Positions 33,809 to 41,141 of a stretch of 60,632 nt of DNA are shown one piece after another. Positions within the stretch are counted from its first letter, which is position 1, and each line of letters begins with the position of its first letter. Source of the DNA: a virus. The notes under the pieces were generated by a model that was not told where the DNA came from, made no database searches, and saw nothing but the letters and a program-made list of their open reading frames with translations. The stretch spans positions 1-60,632 of IMG/VR virus record IMGVR_UViG_3300017917_002028. One strand, given 5' to 3'. The position numbers and the translations under genes were made by a program.

Positions 33809-34874
33809 CATCGCCGACTTCACCGACCCGATCGTTGCAGCGATCTACGAGCAGTACGAAAAGCGCGGCGAGTCCGAGAAGGCCCGCACCTACCTGGGCG
33901 CGTCTGTCATCGGCAAGGAATGCAAGCGGGCCCTGTGGTACTCATTCCGCTGGGCCACGAAAGAGAAGTTCGACGGTCGCATGCTGCGACTGTTCCAGAC
34001 CGGGCACCTTGAGGAACCGCGCATGGTGGCCGACCTTCGGGCGATCGGCGCCAAGGTCTACGACGTGAACCCGGCCGACGGCAAGCAATTCGGTTTTGTC
34101 GGGCATGGTGGCCACGCCCGCGGACACATGGACGGCTGCGCCCAGGGCATCCCGAGCGGTGGCCAGAAGTGGCACGTACTGGAGTTCAAGACCCATTCGG
34201 CCAAGAGCTTTGCCGAACTCAAGAAGAACGGCGTGAAGAAGGCCAAGCCCGAGCACTACGCCCAAATGCAGTGGTACATGGGCAAGTCGGGCATGGATCG
34301 GGCCCTGTACCTGGCCAAGAACAAGGACACCGACGAGCTTTATTCCGAGCGCATCGAGTTCGACAAGGTGTTCTTCGAGCAACTCGAAGCCAAGTTCGAC
34401 AGCATCATCTTTGCCGCCGAGCCCCCTTCCAAGATCAGCGACGACCCGAAGTTCTACCTATGCAACTGGTGCAGTCACAAGGACGTGTGCCACGGCCATC
34501 GCGTGCCGGCCGTCAGTTGCCGCACCTGCGTGCACTCCACGCCCGAGCGTGACGGAGACGGCCGCTGGTCATGCGCCAAGCACGGCCCGGAGATCCCGGT
34601 GCACGCCCAGCGCACCGGCTGCAGCAATCACCTGCCCCTGCCGTTCCTGCTGACTTATGCCGATGCGGTGGACGCCGGCGACGGCTGGATCGAGTTCAAG
34701 CGCAAGGACAACGGCCTGCAGTTCTTTGTGGTCGAGCCGGGGGTCATTCCACCGGGGCCGGTGGTCATCACTTACTCCACGCACGAGATCAGCGCAGCCG
34801 CCAACCATCGGGCTATTTGCGACCCGGAGGTTGAGAAATACAGAACAGAGTTTCAGGGATCAATCGTAGGTTAA
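33801..34874 (+). CDS. PD-(D/E)XK (RecB/Cas4/lambda-Exo-type) nuclease with a C-terminal Cys cluster
   Basis: Start at MADIADFTDP. Motifs GHMDG, VLEFKTHS (ExK) and QMQWYM (QxxxY). The C-terminus has 8 Cys (CNWCSHKDVCHG...CRTCVH...WSCAKHG...GCSNH). Confidence 0.7.
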   Translation: MADIADFTDPIVAAIYEQYEKRGESEKARTYLGASVIGKECKRALWYSFRWATKEKFDGRMLRLFQTGHLEEPRMVADLRAIGAKVYDVNPADGKQFGFVGHGGHARGHMDGCAQGIPSGGQKWHVLEFKTHSAKSFAELKKNGVKKAKPEHYAQMQWYMGKSGMDRALYLAKNKDTDELYSERIEFDKVFFEQLEAKFDSIIFAAEPPSKISDDPKFYLCNWCSHKDVCHGHRVPAVSCRTCVHSTPERDGDGRWSCAKHGPEIPVHAQRTGCSNHLPLPFLLTYADAVDAGDGWIEFKRKDNGLQFFVVEPGVIPPGPVVITYSTHEISAAANHRAICDPEVEKYRTEFQGSIVG

Positions 34875-34876
34875 TC

Positions 34877-35233
34877 ATGATCGACTTCATCACATACCAA
34901 TACCAAGCCATGCGCACCGCAAAGCCCGGTGACGCCGACTTTGATCTCATGCACGCGGCCTACGGGGTGGCCGGGGAGGCGGGCGAGTTCGCCGACTGCA
35001 TCAAGAAGCACCAGATCTACGGCAAAGACTTCGACCGAGAAAACGCGATCGAAGAACTGGGCGACTTGCTTTGGTACATCGCCCTGGCCTGCAACGCCTT
35101 GGACACCACCATGGATCAGGTGGCCATGGCCAATATCGCCAAGCTGCGCAAACGCTACCCGGAGAAGTACAGCGATCAGCACGCAGCGGCTCGTTTGGAC
35201 AAGCAGCATGACCAAGCGAGTTCCACAACCTGA
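34877..35233 (+). CDS. MazG-like nucleotide pyrophosphohydrolase
   Basis: GVAGEAGEFADCIKK and IEELGDLLWYIA (EExxE/D metal-binding helices), followed by ...NIAKLRKRYP. Confidence 0.8.
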   Translation: MIDFITYQYQAMRTAKPGDADFDLMHAAYGVAGEAGEFADCIKKHQIYGKDFDRENAIEELGDLLWYIALACNALDTTMDQVAMANIAKLRKRYPEKYSDQHAAARLDKQHDQASSTT

Positions 35234-35414
35234 GTGGCTGGTTCAAGCCCAGTGCTTAGGCAAACACCGCTTCGACGACCGGGGGCTCGCCAACAAGGTG
35301 GCCCGCCAGTCGGCAAGGCGCAAGACAGCAAGGCCGAACGTCTATCGATGCATCAATTGCGGAGGCTGGCACATCGGCAACGGAAACGGACGACAAGCAA
35401 ATCGAAGGAAGTGA
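35208..35414 (+). CDS. Possible 68-aa zinc-ribbon protein
   Basis: MTKRVPQPEWLVQAQCLGKHRFDD...VYRCINCGGWHIG. It overlaps the MazG-like 3' end by 26 nt and has a weak SD. Confidence 0.45.
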   Translation: MTKRVPQPEWLVQAQCLGKHRFDDRGLANKVARQSARRKTARPNVYRCINCGGWHIGNGNGRQANRRK

Positions 35415-35417
35415 CGC

Positions 35418-36530
35418 ATGAGTTTCAGTCAACAACAAGAGCAAGCCATCAAGGCCGTCAAGGCATGGCTTGCCGATAAGAAGGGCCCGCAGGTGTTCCG
35501 CCTGTTCGGTTTCGCCGGCACAGGCAAAACGACCATCGCCAAGGAACTGGCCAGCGAGGTCAAGGGCCGCGTGCTGTTCGCCTGCTTTACCGGCAAGGCC
35601 GCCCTGGTGCTGCGCAAGAAGGGCTGCCATGGCGCGAGCACGATCCACAGCCTCATCTACAAGCCGGTGTCCCTGCCAGGTGGCGCCGTCACGTTTGAGT
35701 TGAACGACGAAAGCGACGCCAAAGACGCGGCCCTGCTGGTCATCGACGAGGTTTCGATGGTCGGCCAGGACATCGCCACGGATCTGCTGTCGTTCGGCTG
35801 CAAGGTGCTGGTGCTGGGGGACCCGGCCCAGCTACCGCCCGTATTCGGCGAGGGCTATTTCATCAACGCCGAGCCCGACTTCATGCTGACCGAAGTGCAT
35901 CGGCAGGCGCAGGACAGCCCAATCATTCGCATGAGCATGGAGGTGCGCGAGGGCCGTGGCCTGCAGGTCGGGCGCTACGGTGAAAGCGCCGTGGTGCCCC
36001 GGTTCAGCCTCAAGTACCACGAGATGCCCGAGATCGTCTGCACGCCGGATCAGGTGCTGTGCGGCACCAACCGCATGCGCCAGAGCCTCAACAACATGGT
36101 GCGCGAGCACAAAGGGCTCAAGGGCAATCCGCACGAGGCCATGCCCGCGGTCGGCGACCGGCTGGTGTGCCTCAAGAACAAGAAGGACAAGAGCCTGTTC
36201 AACGGCGGCCTGTTCGATGTGCTGTCCGTGGTCAATGACGACGTGGCCTCGCAAATGGCCGTGCGCTCGCTCGACCAAGACGATTGGGACGTGGACATCC
36301 GGGTGCCGGCCGAACTGTTCACCGGCAGCGACAAGAAGAAGAACTGGTACGACTTCCAGAGCTTCGACGAATTCACCTACGGCTGGGCGCTCACGGTGCA
36401 CAAGTCGCAGGGCAGCCAGTGGAACAACGTGACCGTGTTCGACGAAAGCGCGTCCTTCCGCGAGCACTCGGCCAAGCACCTCTATACCGCGATCACCCGG
36501 GCGGCAGAAAGGGTCACGGTGATCGTATGA
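35418..36530 (+). CDS. SF1 RecD/Dda-like DNA helicase
   Basis: Motifs GFAGTGKTT, LLVIDEVSMVG, VLGDPAQLPPV and WALTVHKSQGSQW. Confidence 0.85.
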   Translation: MSFSQQQEQAIKAVKAWLADKKGPQVFRLFGFAGTGKTTIAKELASEVKGRVLFACFTGKAALVLRKKGCHGASTIHSLIYKPVSLPGGAVTFELNDESDAKDAALLVIDEVSMVGQDIATDLLSFGCKVLVLGDPAQLPPVFGEGYFINAEPDFMLTEVHRQAQDSPIIRMSMEVREGRGLQVGRYGESAVVPRFSLKYHEMPEIVCTPDQVLCGTNRMRQSLNNMVREHKGLKGNPHEAMPAVGDRLVCLKNKKDKSLFNGGLFDVLSVVNDDVASQMAVRSLDQDDWDVDIRVPAELFTGSDKKKNWYDFQSFDEFTYGWALTVHKSQGSQWNNVTVFDESASFREHSAKHLYTAITRAAERVTVIV

Positions 36531-36772
36531 ACCAGACCCGCATCGGCTCCCTGATTGAAGCCTGCATCAACACGGCCATCGGCTTTGCCATGTCGATCGC
36601 CCTGAGCCTGATCGTCTACCCGATGTTCGGCCACTCATTCACGCTGGCCCAGAACGTCGGCATCACAGCGATCTTCACCGTGGCCAGCATCCTGCGCGGC
36701 TACGTCGTGCGGCGCTGGTTCAATGCCCGCATCCATCGGGCCGCGGTGCGCCTGGCAGGGAGTGCGGCATGA
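36527..36772 (+). CDS. 81-aa membrane protein
   Basis: Start at MNQTRIGSLIEACINTAIGFAMSIALSLIVYPMF..., with ATGA overlap. Confidence 0.6.
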   Translation: MNQTRIGSLIEACINTAIGFAMSIALSLIVYPMFGHSFTLAQNVGITAIFTVASILRGYVVRRWFNARIHRAAVRLAGSAA

Positions 36773-37395
36773 GGGACGTGAGCCACCACGGCTACGGCCT
36801 TGAACTTGACTCTTTGCCAAAGACTCAAGCCGAAGCAATTGCAACCGGATCGAGGTTTTATTTCACCGGAAAGCCATGCGCCCATGGACACGAGTCCCCT
36901 AGGTACACCAAAGCGGCTGCATGCGTTGCCTGCAACCGCGTCAGAAATGTAAAGCGCGACGGCATTGCTGTTGACCGCGCAGGAGCGAGAGCCAGAAAGC
37001 ACGCAGCACGAGTACTGGCACACGAGTCTGGGGCGATGACTTACGACAACCCCGATCCGTGCAGTAACGGCCACTACAAGCGTTGGGTGTCAACCAACAA
37101 CTGCGTCCAGTGTGATGCTGACGCAAGACAACGACACAAGATCAGCGCCAAGTTCTCCAGGATCAAAAAAGAGTACGGCCTATCGCGTGAACAGTACATG
37201 GCGATGGTTGATAGTCAGCGTGGATCGTGCGCGATCTGTTGCGAAACACCTGAATCTCACTTCTCGCTGCACGTTGACCACTGCCACACCACGGGCGTAG
37301 TGCGCGGCTTGCTGTGTAGCAAGTGCAATCAAGGCATCGGGCTGTTCAAAGAAAGCAAAGCATTGATGGCGAAAGCCATGGAGTACCTGTCGTGA
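36769..37395 (+). CDS. Endonuclease VII-family (HNH-like) nuclease with two N-terminal CxHGH...CxxC modules
   Basis: CAICCETPESHFSLHVDHCHTTGVVRGLLCSKCNQGIGLF. GC is visibly lower than in the neighbouring genes. Confidence 0.85.
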   Translation: MRDVSHHGYGLELDSLPKTQAEAIATGSRFYFTGKPCAHGHESPRYTKAAACVACNRVRNVKRDGIAVDRAGARARKHAARVLAHESGAMTYDNPDPCSNGHYKRWVSTNNCVQCDADARQRHKISAKFSRIKKEYGLSREQYMAMVDSQRGSCAICCETPESHFSLHVDHCHTTGVVRGLLCSKCNQGIGLFKESKALMAKAMEYLS

Positions 37396-39035
37396 CTGTT
37401 TCACTTCGACAATATCAAGAAGAGGCCGTGCAGGCCATCTACGATTACTTCAAAACCAAGTCCGGGAATCCGTTAATAGTCCTGCCCACCGGCGCCGGCA
37501 AAAGCCTGACTATGGCCGCGTTCATCAAGGGCGCCATAGAGGCCTATCCCGCAACACGCATCATCCTCTTGACGCATGTACGCGAATTAATTGAGCAGGA
37601 CGCCCAGGCCATCATCCGGTACTGGCCCGAGGCGCCCATCGGCATCTGGTCGGCGGGTGTTGGCCAGAAGGTCAAGGAACAGGTGACCGTGGCCGGCATC
37701 CAGTCGATCCACAACCTGCCGGCCAAGTTCGCCGGTACCGATCTGGTCATCATCGACGAGGCCCACCTGGTCAGCAAGAAGTCCGACACGATGTACGGCC
37801 GGTTTCTCGCGGGCCTGCGCCACCACAACCCGGCGCTCAAGGTGATCGGTCTCACGGCCACGCACTACCGCATGGACTCGGGCCTGCTGACCGACGGCGA
37901 AAGCCGCATCTTCACCGACGTGGCCTACGAGGCCCACGTGGGCGAGCTTATCAAGGCCGGTTACCTGTGCCCGCTGGTGGCCAAGAACGGCGCCACCAAG
38001 GCCGATCTGAGCCAGGTGCACACCCGTGGCGGCGAGTTCGTGGCCAATGAACTGCAGACCGCCATGGACAAGGCCGATCTGATTCAGGGCGCACTCGATG
38101 AGGTGGCCACCTACGCCCACGACCGCCAGCACATTCTGGGGTTCTGCGCCGGTGTCGAGCACGCCGCGCACTGCGCCGAAGCGGCCCGGGCCCGGGGATG
38201 GTCGGCCGACTTCGTGACCGGCGACATGAGCCCCGCCGAACGCGAATACAAGATCGAGGGGTTCAAGTCGGGTCGGCTGCGCTTCCTGTTCAACGCCATG
38301 CTGCTGACCACGGGCTTTGACGCCCCGCACATCGACTGCATCGTCATGCTGCGCCCGACCAAGAGCACGGGCCTGTACGTGCAGATCATGGGCCGCGGCC
38401 TGCGCAAGCACCCCAGCAAGGAAAACACCCTGGTGCTGGACTTCGCCGGCAACGTCGAACGCCATGGCCCGATCGACCAGATCCGCGTGAAGAAGAAGCG
38501 CGACGGCAAGGGCGAAGGCGTGAGCGTGGCCCCGGTCAAGGAATGCCCGTCATGCCATGAACTGCTGCACACGAGCGTGATGCTGTGCCAGTGCGGGCAC
38601 GAGTGGAAGGCCAGCGCCCCACACGGTACCGAGGCAGCCGACGCGGTGATCGTGGCCGCGCTGGAAAAGCCACGGCTCTACAACGTGGACCGGATCGAGT
38701 ATCAGGCGCACAACAAGACGGGCAAGGCGCCCAGCATGCGCGTGACCTACTGGTGCGGGCCTTCGTCGTTTGACGAGTGGGTACCGATCGAGGACGAGCG
38801 CCCGTTCGTGAAGAAGCACGCCGTGTCGTGGTTCTGGGAGCGCGGCTGCATCTGCCCGCCAAACGTCGAGGCCGGATTGGAGATGGTGCGGGCCGGCCGG
38901 GTGCCTGCACCGGACAGCATCATGGTCAAGCCCGACGGCAAGTATTGGCGGGTGGTCGGCGCCACCATGGGCGCCCGCCGCCTGGATGTCTCCACGGTGG
39001 TGGAGCGTGATCGGTTTTGGGAGCAAGTCGCATGA
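37392..39035 (+). CDS. SF2 DEAH-box helicase with a C-terminal zinc finger
   Basis: GTG start (GTGA overlap). Motifs LPTGAGKSL, IIDEAHLV, LTAT, TTGFDAP, QIMGRGLR and CPSCHELLHTSVMLCQCGHEW. Confidence 0.85.
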   Translation: MTVSLRQYQEEAVQAIYDYFKTKSGNPLIVLPTGAGKSLTMAAFIKGAIEAYPATRIILLTHVRELIEQDAQAIIRYWPEAPIGIWSAGVGQKVKEQVTVAGIQSIHNLPAKFAGTDLVIIDEAHLVSKKSDTMYGRFLAGLRHHNPALKVIGLTATHYRMDSGLLTDGESRIFTDVAYEAHVGELIKAGYLCPLVAKNGATKADLSQVHTRGGEFVANELQTAMDKADLIQGALDEVATYAHDRQHILGFCAGVEHAAHCAEAARARGWSADFVTGDMSPAEREYKIEGFKSGRLRFLFNAMLLTTGFDAPHIDCIVMLRPTKSTGLYVQIMGRGLRKHPSKENTLVLDFAGNVERHGPIDQIRVKKKRDGKGEGVSVAPVKECPSCHELLHTSVMLCQCGHEWKASAPHGTEAADAVIVAALEKPRLYNVDRIEYQAHNKTGKAPSMRVTYWCGPSSFDEWVPIEDERPFVKKHAVSWFWERGCICPPNVEAGLEMVRAGRVPAPDSIMVKPDGKYWRVVGATMGARRLDVSTVVERDRFWEQVA

Positions 39036-39235
39036 AACCCCACGAGATCCAAGTCAAGGTGAACATCGCCCAGCGTGAGGCCGATTACTGGCGCCAGATT
39101 CTGCGCGACAAGGCCTGCAAGAACTGTGTCGAGTGGGAGGGCAACACCTGCCGCCTGGCCGGGCACATCACGCCACCGCCCGACGTGCAGAAAACAGGCT
39201 GCCCCGAATGGACGTATGACCAGATCCCGTTTTGA
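39032..39235 (+). CDS. Small Cys-rich protein
   Basis: Start at MKPHEIQVKVN..., with ATGA overlap. Cys pattern CKNCVEWEGNTC...GCPEW. Confidence 0.6.
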   Translation: MKPHEIQVKVNIAQREADYWRQILRDKACKNCVEWEGNTCRLAGHITPPPDVQKTGCPEWTYDQIPF

Positions 39236-39238
39236 ACC

Positions 39239-39499
39239 ATGAACACAGCATTCCTACTCATGGCCCAGTACAACGGGCTCGCCGTCATCCCGGCCGATGT
39301 GGTCTGCCGCGACTACTTCCCGCACCTCACGCCCGACAAGTTCGTGCGCAAGGTGTCGGCCGGTGAAATCAAGTTGCCGCTGATTCGCATGGAGGGCAGC
39401 CAGAAGGCGGCTAAGGGCGTGCACCTGCAGGACTTAGCCGACTACCTGGACGCCCGCCGCGCGGCAGCCCGCAAAGAGGCGCAACAACTGGCCGGGTGA
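39239..39499 (+). CDS. PrtN-like activator, candidate excisionase/recombination directionality factor
   Basis: MNTAFLLMAQYNGLAVIPADVVCRDYFPHLTPDKFVRKVSAGEIKLPLIRMEGSQKAAKGVHLQDLADYLD matches the PrtN family pattern as I recall it. It sits next to the attP-like region and int. Confidence 0.65.
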   Translation: MNTAFLLMAQYNGLAVIPADVVCRDYFPHLTPDKFVRKVSAGEIKLPLIRMEGSQKAAKGVHLQDLADYLDARRAAARKEAQQLAG

Positions 39500-39615
39500 T
39501 GGGTGCTACGCCGGAGCTACACCAGAATCCGGTACCGCCCCTAAGCCTGCGCCAGCGTTCACGTTTTATTTAGGATCTGTCCAATCCATCATCGGCGCCA
39601 CGCATAAACGCCAAG

Positions 39616-39651
39616 CCCTTGTCAGATCTCTATTTCCTGATCCGACAAGGG
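39616..39651. promoter_or_regulatory. Imperfect 13-bp inverted repeat around a 10-nt AT-rich spacer: attP core candidate and/or terminator of the rightward operon
   Basis: CCCTTGTCaGATC-tctatttcct-GATCcGACAAGGG, followed by TTTGCGTGGCTTTTTCG. Confidence 0.45.
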
Positions 39652-39732
39652 TTTGCGTGGCTTTTTCGTCTGTCTGATTCAAGCTCATTTCGGCCGTTTT
39701 GGTGCGATTTTTTCCTGCCGGTGCTACATTCA

Positions 39733-39757
39733 GTGCTACAGAACGACCGTGTAGCAC
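39733..39757. promoter_or_regulatory. Inverted GTGCTACA repeat just upstream of int (arm-type or operator-like site)
   Basis: GTGCTACA-9 nt-TGTAGCAC. Further GTGCTAC copies lie at 39503 and 39721, with GAGCTACA at 39514. Confidence 0.5.
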
Positions 39758-39772
39758 CGAAGGAACGACCGA

Positions 39773-40828
39773 ATGGGGACGATTACACCACGCAAGCGCA
39801 GCGACGGCACGACCGGGTACACCGCCCAGATCCGGATCAAGAAGGCCGGCCGCGTCATCCATCAGGAAGCCCAGACCTTTGACCGGGAACAGGCGGCCAA
39901 GATCTGGATGAAGAAGCGCGAGACCGCACTGAGCGAGCCCGGGGCGCTGGAGAAGGTCAACCAGCCCGACCCGCCACTGCACAAGGTCATCGACCACTAC
40001 CTCAAAGACACCCGGCGCGAGTACGGCAAGACCAAGATCCAGGTGCTCAATGCCATCAAGGCCAGCGACCTGGGGGGCATGCAGTGCTCGGGCATTCGCA
40101 GCCAGCACATCATCGAGTTTGCGCAGGGCCTGGGCGTGCAGCCGCAGACCGTGGGCAATTACCTGTCACACCTTGCGTCCGTGTTTGCCGTGGCCCGGCC
40201 GGCTTGGGGCTACCCACTGGACAAGGGCGCCATCGACGACGCCCGGACCGTGGCGCAGCGGCTGGGCCTGACATCCAGATCGAACCAGCGCGATCGGCGC
40301 CCCACCCTCGAAGAACTTGACCGCATCCTGACGCACTACGGGGTCATGCAGGCCAAGCGCAGTGACGCGATCCCGATGCAGGACATTGTGCGGTTCGCCA
40401 TCTTCTCCACGCGGCGACTGGAGGAAATCACCCGCATCGCCTGGGAAGATCTGGACACGGAGCGCAGCGAGATCATCGTGCGCGACATGAAGCACCCGGG
40501 CGAGAAAATCGGCAACGACGTGCGGGTGACGCTGACCCCGCAGGCCCTGGCCATCGTGCGCAAGCAGGCGGGCAAGACCGGGCCGATCTTTCCCTACAAC
40601 AGCGACAGCATCAGCGCCTCATTCACCCGGGCGTGCAAGGTACTGGGCATCGAGGATCTGCACTTTCACGACCTGCGCCATGAGGGCATTAGCCGGTTGT
40701 TTGAACTGGGCTGGACGATCCCGCATGTGGCCACCGTCTCGGGCCACCGCACGTGGACCTCGCTCAAGCGATACACGCACATTCGGCAGACCGGCGACAA
40801 ATATGAGGGCTGGTCATGGCTGGGATGA
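39773..40828 (+). CDS. int: Tyrosine integrase
   Basis: 351 aa. C-terminal ...HFHDLRHEGISRLFELGWTIPHVATVSGHRTWTSLKRYTH (HxxR ... H ... Y). Confidence 0.9.
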   Translation: MGTITPRKRSDGTTGYTAQIRIKKAGRVIHQEAQTFDREQAAKIWMKKRETALSEPGALEKVNQPDPPLHKVIDHYLKDTRREYGKTKIQVLNAIKASDLGGMQCSGIRSQHIIEFAQGLGVQPQTVGNYLSHLASVFAVARPAWGYPLDKGAIDDARTVAQRLGLTSRSNQRDRRPTLEELDRILTHYGVMQAKRSDAIPMQDIVRFAIFSTRRLEEITRIAWEDLDTERSEIIVRDMKHPGEKIGNDVRVTLTPQALAIVRKQAGKTGPIFPYNSDSISASFTRACKVLGIEDLHFHDLRHEGISRLFELGWTIPHVATVSGHRTWTSLKRYTHIRQTGDKYEGWSWLG

Positions 40829-40901
40829 AAAAGTCGCACCGAAAAGAGGCACACCGATTGCATACCGAGTGCGGTGCAATCTGACAATTCCCTGAAAGCC
40901 C

Positions 40902-41141
40902 ATGCCGTTCAGTCTTGTGCCGACCCCAGCCCTCGAACTCATCATCGAAGAATCGGACCACCCGCACGCAGACAAAGCCGTCGAAGAACTGCGAAAGCTG
41001 CGTGACATCAATTGTCACCTGCTGACACATTTCGTTGCGATCAAACAACAGACGGAGGCCAGCACTGCCGGCCTCCAGTCCTTAGTCCGCGAGATCGAGC
41101 CCGAGGCGCCCCCGCATCTCTCTGGGCGCCTGCTTGAGTAA
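40902..41141 (+). CDS. Possible 79-aa protein at the int-distal end (moron candidate)
   Basis: The composition is non-junk. Against it: weak SD, only moderate GC3, a 60-nt convergent overlap of its 3' end with the giant gene, and the giant gene's terminator hairpin inside it. Confidence 0.3.
   Translation: MPFSLVPTPALELIIEESDHPHADKAVEELRKLRDINCHLLTHFVAIKQQTEASTAGLQSLVREIEPEAPPHLSGRLLE
41039..41076 (-). terminator. Terminator of the late operon
   Basis: The minus strand reads GGAGGCC-9 nt-GGCCTCC starting 5 nt after the TAA, followed by GTCTGTTGTTTGA. Confidence 0.6.

Noticed and set aside
39575-39600. tRNA 3'-end-like string (...GTCCAATCCATCATCGGCGCCA) that could mark a tRNA-derived attP core.
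   Set aside because: The putative T-arm does not base-pair (GGATC against TCCAT), and the T-loop deviates from TTCRANY. I therefore make no tRNA-fragment claim.
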